This document shows, piece after piece, positions 1-9,033 of a stretch of 64,000 nucleotides of DNA. A program made the translations under genes and the position numbers. The DNA is from an uncultured Acidobacteriota bacterium (GTDB lineage Bacteria > Acidobacteriota > Thermoanaerobaculia > Multivoradales > JBCCEF01), in assembly GCA_963843275.1 (NCBI GenBank), contig CAWJJM010000003.1, positions 117,938 to 181,937 on the forward strand, read 5' to 3'. Position 1 is the stretch's first letter. Each line of letters begins with the position of its first letter. A model generated the notes under the pieces. That model had not been told where the DNA came from. It did not search any database and saw only the letters and a program-made list of their open reading frames with translations.

Positions 1-579
1 CACCACCCCGCGGGAGGTCAGCGCGGCGGCGTCCGAGCCGGCCCCGGGCTCGGTGAGCGCGAAGCAGGGGATCTCGTCACCGCGCGCCAGCCGCGGCAGC
101 CAGCGTTCGCGCTGCGCCGGCGTGCCGTAGGCGAGCAGCAGCTCGCCGGGCCCCACCGAGTTGGGGATCAGCACCACCACCGACAGCGCCAGCGAGCGCG
201 CCGCCAGCTTGGCGTAGACGGTCGACTGGGCGAGCGCCGAGAAGCCGTGGCCGCCGACCTCGGGGGGCAGCGCCAGGCCGAAGAAGCGCTCCCGCCGCAG
301 GATCTCCCAGATCTCCGGGGGGAGCTCGCGCCGCCGCTCCACCTCCCAGGGATCGAGCCGGGCGCAGACCTCCTCGACCGGACCTTCGAGGAAGGCGCGC
401 TCGGCGGCGGAGAGGCGCGGATAGGGCACCGCCGCCAGGCGCCGCAGGTCGGGGCGGCCGCCGAACAGCTCGCCCTCGATCCACACGGTGCCGGCGGCGA
501 GCGCCTGGCGCTCGGTCTCCGAGACGCGGGGGACGAGCCCGCGGCGCCGGACGGTTGCGAGGAGCCATCGGGAGAGCAT
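1..579 (-). CDS. fadE: Acyl-CoA dehydrogenase (FadE-like), runs off the window edge
   Basis: Manual translation from ATG at 579: MLSRWLLATVRRRGLVPRVSETERQALAAGTVWIEGELFGG...FFGLALPPEVGGHGFS...IPNSVGPGELLLAYGT...EIPCFALTEPGAGSDA, which are FadE motifs. Not in the ORF track because there is no stop inside the window. Confidence 0.85.
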   Translation of the reverse strand, partial: MLSRWLLATVRRRGLVPRVSETERQALAAGTVWIEGELFGGRPDLRRLAAVPYPRLSAAERAFLEGPVEEVCARLDPWEVERRRELPPEIWEILRRERFFGLALPPEVGGHGFSALAQSTVYAKLAARSLALSVVVLIPNSVGPGELLLAYGTPAQRERWLPRLARGDEIPCFALTEPGAGSDAAALTSRGVV

Positions 580-646
580 GGTCGTGACGCCCGGATCATA
601 GCCCCGGGCCGGCCCGCTCTCCTCCCGCGCCCGCCGGCGCGCCCGG

Positions 647-1990
647 TCAGGCGGTCGCGGCGTTCAGGATGGCGTGCGCCGTCTCCGCTCGCGCCACGTC
701 CGAGTGGGCGGTGATGAAGGCGTCGGCGTCGAGGTTGTAGAAGCGCCCGCCCTCGAAGGCGTACTCACCGCCCGCCGCCAGCAGCCGGCCGGACACCGCC
801 TCCGGTGTCTTCAGCGCCCCGTTGCGCCCGATGCCGCCGTAGACGTCGTCGGGGCCGCCGAGCGCGGCCGCCACCTGGCGCGCCAGCCGCGAGGCGATCG
901 GATAGGCGAGCCCCACCGCGCGGTCGTTCACCGTGTGGGTGACCACCACCGGGCCACGGACCTTGTGGCCGGTCGCCACGCCGCGGAAGAAGCCGTCGGC
1001 GCCGGCGTCGTCCCAGTCCCGGGCGAAGCCGTAGTGCGAGAAAGCGGCCTGCAACAGGCTCATCGAGTCGACCGGCAGGCCCGGCTCGCCGGCCGGGCCG
1101 TCGGCGGCCGCGGTGACCAGGCGGCCGCCGAAGCTGTGGCCCACGAGGTGGAGCCGCAGGTCGTCGCGGTGCTGCCGCAGCCGGCGGAGGAGCTGGTGGA
1201 CGCCGCCGGCGCCGACCGTGCCGGCGCGCTTCTTCATCGTGTAGTAGGTCAGCAGGTTGAGGAAGTTGCGGGCGCCGGCGTGGATCCCCGAGAAGAGCGA
1301 CGCCAGGCCCATCGCCTGACCGGCGTCGAGCTCTCCGGCGTCGGCCCCGGGCGCGAAGACGGCGGCGCCGCCGGAGTCCCCGATCTCCGGCTCGGGCAGC
1401 GCCGGCCGCGTCCCCAGCCGCGCCAGCACCTCGTCGCCGGGCAGCTCGAACGTCTCCCGCGGCAGCTCGGCCGCGGCCTCCTCGTCGGGCGCCGGGAAGA
1501 GGGCGCGCAGCGCGTCGACGAACTCCCGCTGCGCCTCCGGGTCGCCCTCCAGCCGCGGCGCCAGCTCGCGGGCGCGGGCCAGCCGCTGCTCGGCGCCGGG
1601 GGTGTCGAAGGCGTCCTGGAGCCCCTCGAGCTGCGCCTCGAGATCGGCGCTGGTGACGCCGGGGGCCACGGCCGCCGCGCCGCCGGGGATCAGGTCCCGG
1701 TCGGCGAACTTCTTCGACGGCCAGAGGACCGCGAAGACGCTGGGGGCGAAGCCGGCCGCGGCGGGCGGCACGCCGCCCTCGATGCCCTGGCGCAGGAAGC
1801 CGAGCAGCCGCTCGTAGAGCCGGCGCGCCTCGGCGATGTCGTTGTTCCAGCCGTGCGACAGGACCAGCAGGTCGGCCGGCTCGGCGCCGTCGACGTGGGC
1901 CAGCAGCGCGTCGGCCTGGGCGGGGTCGGCGAGCGCGCCGGCCTTGGTGAACTCCACCTCGAAATAGGGGAAGTCGTGGACCTTCTCCAT
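647..1990 (-). CDS. Alpha/beta-hydrolase fold protein, cytoplasmic
   Basis: LSHGWNN oxyanion motif, nucleophile elbow VGHSFG, C-terminal AHSD His; no signal peptide; 19 bp downstream of the S8 protease gene. Confidence 0.8.
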   Translation of the reverse strand: MEKVHDFPYFEVEFTKAGALADPAQADALLAHVDGAEPADLLVLSHGWNNDIAEARRLYERLLGFLRQGIEGGVPPAAAGFAPSVFAVLWPSKKFADRDLIPGGAAAVAPGVTSADLEAQLEGLQDAFDTPGAEQRLARARELAPRLEGDPEAQREFVDALRALFPAPDEEAAAELPRETFELPGDEVLARLGTRPALPEPEIGDSGGAAVFAPGADAGELDAGQAMGLASLFSGIHAGARNFLNLLTYYTMKKRAGTVGAGGVHQLLRRLRQHRDDLRLHLVGHSFGGRLVTAAADGPAGEPGLPVDSMSLLQAAFSHYGFARDWDDAGADGFFRGVATGHKVRGPVVVTHTVNDRAVGLAYPIASRLARQVAAALGGPDDVYGGIGRNGALKTPEAVSGRLLAAGGEYAFEGGRFYNLDADAFITAHSDVARAETAHAILNAATA

Positions 1991-2009
1991 CGCAGTCCTT
2001 TCCGCGCCG

Positions 2010-3602
2010 TCACACCGCCTGGATGGCGCGCATCAGGTCGATCAGGCCGTGGCCCTGGAAGTAGCGCTCGCGGCCGAGGTCGGTGGCGTTGGCGAGGAAG
2101 ATCTCCTTGACCTCCTCGGGGCGGCCGATGTACTCGCGGCGCACCGAGAGGAAGGCGGCGATGGCCCCGGAGACGTGGGGGGCGGCCATGCTGGTCCCGC
2201 TGTCCTCGCAGTAGTGGCAGGTCGTCCCGGCGAGCTTCTCGGCCTCTTCGGCGCCGCGGCCGGCGGCGCACGACAGGATGCGCTCCCCCGGGGCGAGCAG
2301 GTCCGGCTTGAGGCGGCCGTCGCCGGTGGGGCCCTTCGACGAGAAGTAGGAGACGCCATAGGTGTGCGGGCTGTCGCGGTGGGTGGAGCCCACCGTGATG
2401 GCCAGCTCGGCGTTGCCGGGGTCGTTGATGGTGACGTCGAGCCCCGCCGCCACCAGGTCGGTGCGCCCCTTGACCTGGGTGAAGCCGTAGCCGGTGTTGC
2501 CGGCCGCGACCACCACCGCGACGCCCGAGCGCACCAGCCGGTCGACCTCGACGCACAGCGGGCTCTGGCCGCAGGCGAACCACTCGGGGTCGAAGCCGTA
2601 GCCGACGCTGAGGTTGACGCCGTGGATCAGCAGCCGCCGGCCGTTGCCGTTGACCTGCTGGACGTAGGCGATCGCCGCGATGAGGTTGCTCGCCTGGCCG
2701 CGCCCGTGCTCGTCCAGCACCTTGAGGCTGATCAGGCGGCAGCAGGGTGCCATCCCGGCGATGGCGGCGACCGGCTCGGTGACGGCGCGGGGGTCTCCGC
2801 GCTCGTCGCGCTCTTGACGGACCGAGGTCAGCGCGAGCCCCTTCGTCCGCTCGCCGTGGCGCGCCCCGTCCGGCGGCACCTCGCCGGCGAGGATGCCGGC
2901 CACGTGGGTGCCGTGCCCGAAACGGTCGTCCAGCGGGTCACCGCCGTCGGTGAAGTCCCGGTGCTCGAAGGGGACCGCCGCGGCACCGGCGCCGGCCGCG
3001 GCCAGCCCCAGGTTGTCGTGCTCGGCGAAATGCGGGTGGGCGCGGTCGATGCCCGAGTCCATGACCGCCCACACCACGCCCTTGCCGGTGGCGCTGAAGG
3101 CGATCCGGGCGGCGTCGCACTTGACGGTGCGCACCGACTGCAGGATGTGGGGTCCGACCGGGAAGTCGGGCCAGATGCGGAAGATGGCCCGGGCCTTGCG
3201 CCGCTTCGGCGCCTGGGACGCGCCGTCGCCCTCGCGGTCCCGCCGCACCAGCTCCCGGATCCGCGCGCCGGAGAGCCGGGCGATGACGTACTGCTCGCAG
3301 AGCTCCGTCTTGAGCTCGTGGATCTCGCCCCCCAGTGCGCGCACCTCCTCGATCACCCGCCGCTTGGCACCCTCGCGGCCCTCCGGATGGTCGAGGTTGA
3401 CGTCGATGATGACGTCGCGCTTGGCGCGTGGCGAGCGGCGGATCAGGGCGAGCAGCGGGACCGCGATGACCGTGCGGTCCAGGATGCGCTTGCGCCGTTC
3501 GAAGGCGCGGCTGTCGACCTCGTCCGGGGTGCGCGCCCGCACTTCCCGGGCCTCGTCGCCCGCCCCCGCTCCCCCGTCCCCTCGTCCGCTCCTCTTCGCC
3601 AT
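2010..3602 (-). CDS. S8 family (subtilisin-like) serine peptidase, no signal peptide
   Basis: Catalytic triad motifs VMDSG, HGTHVAG and SGTSMAAPHV; AAGN oxyanion hole; SD-like GGAGG upstream. Confidence 0.9.
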   Translation of the reverse strand: MAKRSGRGDGGAGAGDEAREVRARTPDEVDSRAFERRKRILDRTVIAVPLLALIRRSPRAKRDVIIDVNLDHPEGREGAKRRVIEEVRALGGEIHELKTELCEQYVIARLSGARIRELVRRDREGDGASQAPKRRKARAIFRIWPDFPVGPHILQSVRTVKCDAARIAFSATGKGVVWAVMDSGIDRAHPHFAEHDNLGLAAAGAGAAAVPFEHRDFTDGGDPLDDRFGHGTHVAGILAGEVPPDGARHGERTKGLALTSVRQERDERGDPRAVTEPVAAIAGMAPCCRLISLKVLDEHGRGQASNLIAAIAYVQQVNGNGRRLLIHGVNLSVGYGFDPEWFACGQSPLCVEVDRLVRSGVAVVVAAGNTGYGFTQVKGRTDLVAAGLDVTINDPGNAELAITVGSTHRDSPHTYGVSYFSSKGPTGDGRLKPDLLAPGERILSCAAGRGAEEAEKLAGTTCHYCEDSGTSMAAPHVSGAIAAFLSVRREYIGRPEEVKEIFLANATDLGRERYFQGHGLIDLMRAIQAV

Positions 3603-3689
3603 GACCGCAGGTCCTCCTGCTCGACGCGCACGGCCGCGGCGCCGCGCCGCCGGCCGGGATGATCCGGTTGGACGCTTCTTTTAGGAGCG

Positions 3690-3698
3690 ATTGTAGCA
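3690..3698 (-). promoter_or_regulatory. Putative extended -10 promoter (TGCTACAAT) for the S8/hydrolase operon
   Basis: The minus strand reads TG-C-TACAAT in a locally AT-rich patch ~90 bp upstream of the S8 start. Confidence 0.45.
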
Positions 3699-3737
3699 GT
3701 GTGGTGCATACCTCCTTAGATGCGGAGCGCGCCGTCG

Positions 3738-5090
3738 TCAGGAGGTCGCGGCCGTCGGCCGCCCGCTCCAGCGACCCCCGACGCAGCTCGCCGCCACCGC
3801 CTCGTCGCCGGCGCCGAGCAGGAAGGCGGCCAGCAGCTCGTCGGCGCCGGCCCCGGCGAGGGCCGGGTGGTCGAGGTCGACCGCCACCAGGTCGGCCCAG
3901 CGGCCGGGAGCGATCTCGCCGGCGGCGATCCCCAGCGACCCGGCGCCGCCGCGGGTGGCGGCGGCGAGCAGCACCGGCGCCACCCGCCCGGCGGCGTCGG
4001 TGAGGGCGCCCCGCCGCTCGCCGGCCAGCCGCTGGCCGTACTCCAGCCAGCGCGCCTCCTCGACCATCGAGATGCGGGCGTTGGAGTCGGTGCCGAGGCA
4101 CAGCCGGTCGCGCGCCGCCTCCCCGAGCGCCGCCAGCGGCGCCAGGCCGTCGCCGAGGTTGGCCTCGGTGAGGGGGCAGACGCAGACCCGCCCACCGGCC
4201 GCCGTGAAGCGCGCCAGGTCGTCGGGCGCGGTGTGGGTGCAATGGACCGCGGTGAGGTCGCCGCCGGGCTCGACGGCGTCGAGCAGCAGCTCCATCGGCC
4301 GGCGGCCGTACGCGGCCCGGCAGTCCTCGACCTCGCGCCGCTGCTCCTCGAGGTGGAGGTGGAAGACCAGGCCGCGTCGGCGCGCCTCGGCGGCGAGTCC
4401 GGCGAGCGTCTCGGGGTCGACGGCGCGCAGCGAGTGCGCCACCGCCCCCAGCGACTGCGAGCCGTCGGCGGCGAGGCGGCCGGCGAGGCGGTCGACCTGC
4501 TCCCAGTAGGCGGCCGGCGAGGCGGTGGCGAAGCGCCGCTGGGCGCCCTCGAGGGGCCGGCCGATGCCGCCGGCCGCGTAGTAGACCTCGAGCAGGGCGA
4601 GGCGGATCGGCGCCGCGGCGGCGGCCGCGAGCACCACGTCGTCGAAGGCGAAGTCGGCCCGCTCGGGGTCGTCGTGGTGGACGTAGTGGAACTCTCCGAC
4701 CGCGGTGATCCCGGCCGCCCGCATCTCGCGGAACGCGGCGAGGCTGAGCGCGTACAGGCGGTCGCGGTCGAGCCGTTCGACCAGGCGGTACATCTCGTCG
4801 CGCCACGACCAGAAGCTGCCGGCGCCGCGGGGGAAGGTCTCGCCGCGGCCGCGCAGGCCGCGCTGGAAGGCGTGCGAGTGGGCGTCGACGAAGCCCGGGA
4901 GCAACGCCCGGCGGGCCAGGCGGCGGACCGCCACGGGCCGCCGCGGCGCCGCGTCGGGGGCCGTCTCGCCGCCGGCGCCGCGCTCCACCCGGGCGATGCG
5001 TCCGTCGGCGCCGATCTCGACCCGCACGCCCTCGGCGAAGCCGTCGCCGGTCCAGGTGAGGTCGGCCTGGAGCAGCTCGCCCGCGCTCAT
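3738..5090 (-). CDS. hutF: Formimidoylglutamate deiminase
   Basis: DAHSHAFQR, FWSWR, VGEFHYVHH, AHSLRAV, CPLTEANLGDG and GTDS motifs; start MSAGELL overlaps the argE stop. Confidence 0.88.
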   Translation of the reverse strand: MSAGELLQADLTWTGDGFAEGVRVEIGADGRIARVERGAGGETAPDAAPRRPVAVRRLARRALLPGFVDAHSHAFQRGLRGRGETFPRGAGSFWSWRDEMYRLVERLDRDRLYALSLAAFREMRAAGITAVGEFHYVHHDDPERADFAFDDVVLAAAAAAPIRLALLEVYYAAGGIGRPLEGAQRRFATASPAAYWEQVDRLAGRLAADGSQSLGAVAHSLRAVDPETLAGLAAEARRRGLVFHLHLEEQRREVEDCRAAYGRRPMELLLDAVEPGGDLTAVHCTHTAPDDLARFTAAGGRVCVCPLTEANLGDGLAPLAALGEAARDRLCLGTDSNARISMVEEARWLEYGQRLAGERRGALTDAAGRVAPVLLAAATRGGAGSLGIAAGEIAPGRWADLVAVDLDHPALAGAGADELLAAFLLGAGDEAVAASCVGGRWSGRPTAATS

Positions 5091-6262
5091 GGTGCGCAGA
5101 GGTCCTCGACCAGCGCCTCGAGATGGCCGCGGGCGGCGGCGAGCTGCGCCTTGGGGAGCCACTCGTTGGGTCGGTGGGCGACCTCGATCGAGCCCGGGCC
5201 GAAGAGGACGCAGTCGAGGCCGAGCCGGCGGAGCTGGCCGGCGTCGCTCGAGAACGACACGCTGCGGCTGCCGTCCTGGGCGAGCCGGCCGGTCAGCCGG
5301 CGGTGCAGGTCGGCCTCGGCGGGGGTGGCGAGGGGAGGACTGTCGCTGAGGGTGGTGATGTCCACCGTGGCCCCGGTCGACGCCACCGCCGCGGTCGCCG
5401 CGGCGCGGATCCGCGCCGCCACCTCCGCGGACTCCATCCCGGGCAGCACCCGCACCCCGACCTCGAGCGCGCAGCGGTCGGGGACGACGTTGATCGCCGC
5501 TCCGCCCTCGACGGTGCCGAGGTTGAGCGCGACGAAGGGGACCTCGGGGAAGTACTCGGCGTGCGGCGGCTCCTCCGCCTCGAGCTCGGCGCGCAGCCCG
5601 GTCAGGGCGGTGATGGCGGCGCCCGCCGCCTCGATCGCGTTGATCCCCAGATGCGGGTAGCCGGAGTGCGCGCTGCGCCCGGTGAAGGCCAACCGCAGCT
5701 TCAGGTGCCCCTTGTGGAGGCGCACCGCGGCGAGCTCGGTGGGCTCGCCGATCACCGCCGACCGGGGGAGCGGCCCCACCGCGTCGGCGAGCTCGGCGCG
5801 GTGCTCCACCAGGTGGCGGGCGCCCAGGCTGCCGACCTCCTCGTCGTAGGTCAGGGCGAGGACCAGCGGCGCCGCCAGGCGCTCGCCGGCCGCCCGCCGC
5901 GCCAGGTTGGCGGCCAGCGCCAGGAATCCCTTCATGTCGGCGCTGCCGCGGCCCACCCAGCGGTCGCCACCGTCGGTGAGCCGGAACGGGTCGCTGCGCC
6001 AGCCCTCCTCGTCGGCGGGCACCACGTCCATGTGGCCGGAGAGCACCAGTCCGCGCCCTCCGTCGCCGTCGAGCGGCGGTCCCACCCGCACCACCAGGTT
6101 GGCCCAACCGTCGTCGCCGTCGTCGCGGTGGACCACCACCCCGGGCCCGTCGAGGTAGTCGGCCAGGAAGTCGGCGAGCGGGCGGTTGGGCAGGGCGGAG
6201 GTGGTGTCGAAGCGCACCAGGCGGGCGAGGAGCTCCTCGTCGCGGAGGGCGGGGGCGACCAT
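5087..6262 (-). CDS. argE: Acetylornithine deacetylase / M20 family deacylase
   Basis: LSGHMDVVP, GRGSADMKGF, YDEEVG, IGEPT, AHSG and GPGSIEVAH motifs. Confidence 0.85.
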   Translation of the reverse strand: MVAPALRDEELLARLVRFDTTSALPNRPLADFLADYLDGPGVVVHRDDGDDGWANLVVRVGPPLDGDGGRGLVLSGHMDVVPADEEGWRSDPFRLTDGGDRWVGRGSADMKGFLALAANLARRAAGERLAAPLVLALTYDEEVGSLGARHLVEHRAELADAVGPLPRSAVIGEPTELAAVRLHKGHLKLRLAFTGRSAHSGYPHLGINAIEAAGAAITALTGLRAELEAEEPPHAEYFPEVPFVALNLGTVEGGAAINVVPDRCALEVGVRVLPGMESAEVAARIRAAATAAVASTGATVDITTLSDSPPLATPAEADLHRRLTGRLAQDGSRSVSFSSDAGQLRRLGLDCVLFGPGSIEVAHRPNEWLPKAQLAAARGHLEALVEDLCAP

Positions 6263-6312
6263 GGCGCGGAGCCTACCGCGGCGGCCGGCGCCGCGTCAGG
6301 CCCGGCGCCGGC

Positions 6313-7272
6313 TCACCCGGCGGCCTCCAGCGCACCTCGCACGTGCCCCGCCGCCGCCGCGAGGAGCTGCCGCGCCGCGGCCGCGGAGACGCCGCGGCGG
6401 GCCATCACCAGGGCGGTCTTGACCTCACCGTCCGCCGCCGCCAGCAACGCCTCGGCCCGGGCGCGGCCGACGTCGCCGGCCGCGGCGACGATCCGCACCG
6501 AGCGGTCGCGCAGCTTGGCCGACCCGGGGCGGAGGTCGACCATCCAGTTCTCGAAGACCTTGCCCAGCCGCACCATCGCCGCCGTGGTGACGGCGTTGAG
6601 CACCGCCTTGGTGGCGGAGCCGGCTTTCAGGCGGGTGGAGCCGGTGAGGACCTCGGGGCCGGTGCCGAGGGCCAGCACGAGGTCGGCCAGGCCCTCGAGG
6701 GTGGGCCCGCCGCCGGCGCAGGTGATCAGCACCGTGCCCGCGCCCTGCCGGCGCGCCGCCTCCAGGGCGCCGCGGGTGAAGGGGGTGACCGAGCTCGCCG
6801 AGAGGCCGATCAGCAGGTCGTCCGCGCCGAGCCCCGCGGCCGCGCGGGCGCCGTCGTCGGCGCGGTCCTCGCTGCCCTCGCGGGCGGCGAACACGGCCTC
6901 GGGACCGCCGGCCATCGCCGCCCGGATGCGCCGCGGGTCGGTGCCGAAGGTGGGGGGGCACTCGGCGGCCTCGAGCACCCCCAGCCGGCCGCTGGTCCCG
7001 GCGCCGGCGAAGAGCACGTCGCCGCCGCCGGCGAGGACCGCGGCGACCCTCTCCGCCACCGCCGCCACCGCGGGCGCGTGACGGGCCGCCGCCTCGAGGC
7101 CGCGGCGGTCCTCGGCGAGGAGCAGGTCGACGACCGCCTCGGGAGCCATCCGATCGAGCCCGCCGCTCGCCGGGTGGCGGGCCTCGGTGGGCAGCTCCTC
7201 CCACGGCCGCCCGGCACCGCCGCCGGCGGTGTCCGGGGTCCCGGGGGTCGAGCCGTCTTCGCGTCCGTCCAT
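6313..7272 (-). CDS. murQ: N-acetylmuramic acid 6-phosphate etherase
   Basis: GAGTSGRLGVLEAAECPPTFG, GPEVLTGSTRLKAGSATK and MVRLGKV motifs. Confidence 0.92.
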   Translation of the reverse strand: MDGREDGSTPGTPDTAGGGAGRPWEELPTEARHPASGGLDRMAPEAVVDLLLAEDRRGLEAAARHAPAVAAVAERVAAVLAGGGDVLFAGAGTSGRLGVLEAAECPPTFGTDPRRIRAAMAGGPEAVFAAREGSEDRADDGARAAAGLGADDLLIGLSASSVTPFTRGALEAARRQGAGTVLITCAGGGPTLEGLADLVLALGTGPEVLTGSTRLKAGSATKAVLNAVTTAAMVRLGKVFENWMVDLRPGSAKLRDRSVRIVAAAGDVGRARAEALLAAADGEVKTALVMARRGVSAAAARQLLAAAAGHVRGALEAAG

Positions 7273-7369
7273 GGATCCTCCTGCGGTCGTGGCGCCGGCG
7301 GCGGGCCGGGGCGGCGCGCGGCCCGGCGCGGGTCTTGCTCCCTTCTCCGCTGGGAGGTTGAGGCAAGAG

Positions 7370-8269
7370 ATGCGCCATGTCATCGGGTTCGACGCCGGCG
7401 GGACCAAGACGGTCGGCCTGCTCGCCGACGAGCGCGGCGAGGTGCTGCGCGACGCGCGGGCGGGGGCCGCCAACCTGGTGACCCAGGGCGAGCTGGGGGT
7501 GGAGAAGGTGCTCTTCCAGGTGCTCTCCGCCCTCGATCCGCCGGGTCCGGTGGACGCCGTCTGCCTGGGGATCGCGGGCGCCGACCGGCCGGCCCACCTC
7601 GAGCTGGTCGAGGGGATGCTGGCGCGGCTCGGCTTCCGCCGCGCGGTGCGGGTGGTCAACGACGCCGTGATCGCGCTGACCGCCGGGACCCCCGACGGGC
7701 TCGGCGTGGTGCTGGTCGCCGGCACCGGCTCCGTGGCCTACGGCCGCGATCCCACCGGGCGCACGGCGCGCGCCGGCGGCTGGGGCTACCTGCTGGGCGA
7801 CGAGGCGTCCGCCTTCTGGCTCGGCCACGCCGCCGTGCGCCAGGGGATCCGCGGCGCCGACGGCCGCGGCCCGGAGACCTCGCTGTTCGAGCGCATCTGC
7901 CGGCGGGTCGGGGCGGCGACGCCGGGGGAGCTGGCGGACTGGTTCTACGCCCAGGAGACCCCGCGCGCCCGCGTCGCGGAGCTCGCCGGCGTGGTGGAGG
8001 AGGCGGCGGTGGCGGGGGACGCGGCGGCCGGCGCCCTGCTCGACCAGGCCGCCGACCACCTGGCGCGCGCCGCCCGCGCCGTGGCGGGGCGGCTCGGGTT
8101 CCCCGCCGCCTACCCGCTGATCCTGGCCGGCGGTACGTTCCGCGCCTGCCCCAGCCTGGAGGCGCGGCTCGGCGGCCGGCTCGACCTGCCCGGCGCGGAG
8201 CCCCGGAGGCTCGCCGTCGAGCCGGCGCGCGGCGCCGTCACCCTGGCCCTGCGGGAGCTCGCCGCGTGA
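7370..8269 (+). CDS. BadF/BadG/BcrA/BcrD family sugar kinase (GlcNAc/MurNAc kinase-like)
   Basis: IGFDAGGTKT, VVNDA, VAGTGS and RAGGWGYLLGDE motifs; divergent from murQ. Confidence 0.85.
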   Translation: MRHVIGFDAGGTKTVGLLADERGEVLRDARAGAANLVTQGELGVEKVLFQVLSALDPPGPVDAVCLGIAGADRPAHLELVEGMLARLGFRRAVRVVNDAVIALTAGTPDGLGVVLVAGTGSVAYGRDPTGRTARAGGWGYLLGDEASAFWLGHAAVRQGIRGADGRGPETSLFERICRRVGAATPGELADWFYAQETPRARVAELAGVVEEAAVAGDAAAGALLDQAADHLARAARAVAGRLGFPAAYPLILAGGTFRACPSLEARLGGRLDLPGAEPRRLAVEPARGAVTLALRELAA

Positions 8270-9033
8270 GCCCGCACCGCCGGCTTCTCGTGGTCAACGC
8301 CGACGACCTCGGCCGCACGGCCGGGGTCAACGCCGGCATCCTGGCCGCCCACCGCGACGGCCTGGTGACCAGCGCCACGCTGATGGTGGGGTCGCCGGCG
8401 GCGGCCGCGGCGGCGGCGGCCTGGGCGGACCACCCGCGGCTCGGCGTCGGCCTGCACGTCACCCTGACCGGGGGGCCTCCCACCCTGCCGCCCGAGCGCC
8501 TCCCCAGCCTGGTCGACGCCGACGGTCTCCTGCCGCGGCGCCCGGAGGGCCTGGTCGGGGCCGAGCCGGCGGAGGTGGAGGCGGAGGTGCGGCACCAGCT
8601 CGCCCGCTTCCGCGAGCTCACCGGACGGCTCCCCACCCACCTCGACAGCCACCACCACTCGCACCGGCTGCCCGCCGTGCTGGCGGCGGTGGTGGCGGTG
8701 GCGCGGGAGCACGGCCTGCCGGTGCGCAACGCCTCGCCGACCGTGGGCCGCCGGCTGCGCGAGGCGGGGATCGCCACCACCGACGCGTTCGTCGAGGGGT
8801 TCTACGGCGAGGCCGCGACGCTCCCCGGCCTGCTCGCCCTGCTGGCGGGCGCCGGGGACGGCTCCACCGAGCTGATGTGCCACCCGGCCCGGGTCGACGC
8901 CCCGCTGCGCGCCGGCTCCACCTACGTCGACGAGCGCGAGACGGAGCTCGCGGCGCTGACCGACCCGGCGGCCCGGCGGGCGGTGGAGCGGCGCGGGCTG
9001 CGGCTCGTCCACTTCGGGGAGCTGGCGTCGTGA
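8266..9033 (+). CDS. ChbG/YdjC family carbohydrate deacetylase
   Basis: VVNADDLG, TSATLM, VGLH, PTHLDSHHH and ELMCHP motifs; GTG start overlaps the kinase stop. Confidence 0.88.
   Translation: MSPHRRLLVVNADDLGRTAGVNAGILAAHRDGLVTSATLMVGSPAAAAAAAAWADHPRLGVGLHVTLTGGPPTLPPERLPSLVDADGLLPRRPEGLVGAEPAEVEAEVRHQLARFRELTGRLPTHLDSHHHSHRLPAVLAAVVAVAREHGLPVRNASPTVGRRLREAGIATTDAFVEGFYGEAATLPGLLALLAGAGDGSTELMCHPARVDAPLRAGSTYVDERETELAALTDPAARRAVERRGLRLVHFGELAS

Noticed and set aside
3443-3709. 88-aa ORF preceded by a perfect SD
   Set aside because: The SD abuts the ATG with no spacing, the ORF overlaps the S8 gene out of frame, and the sequence has no protein-like features.
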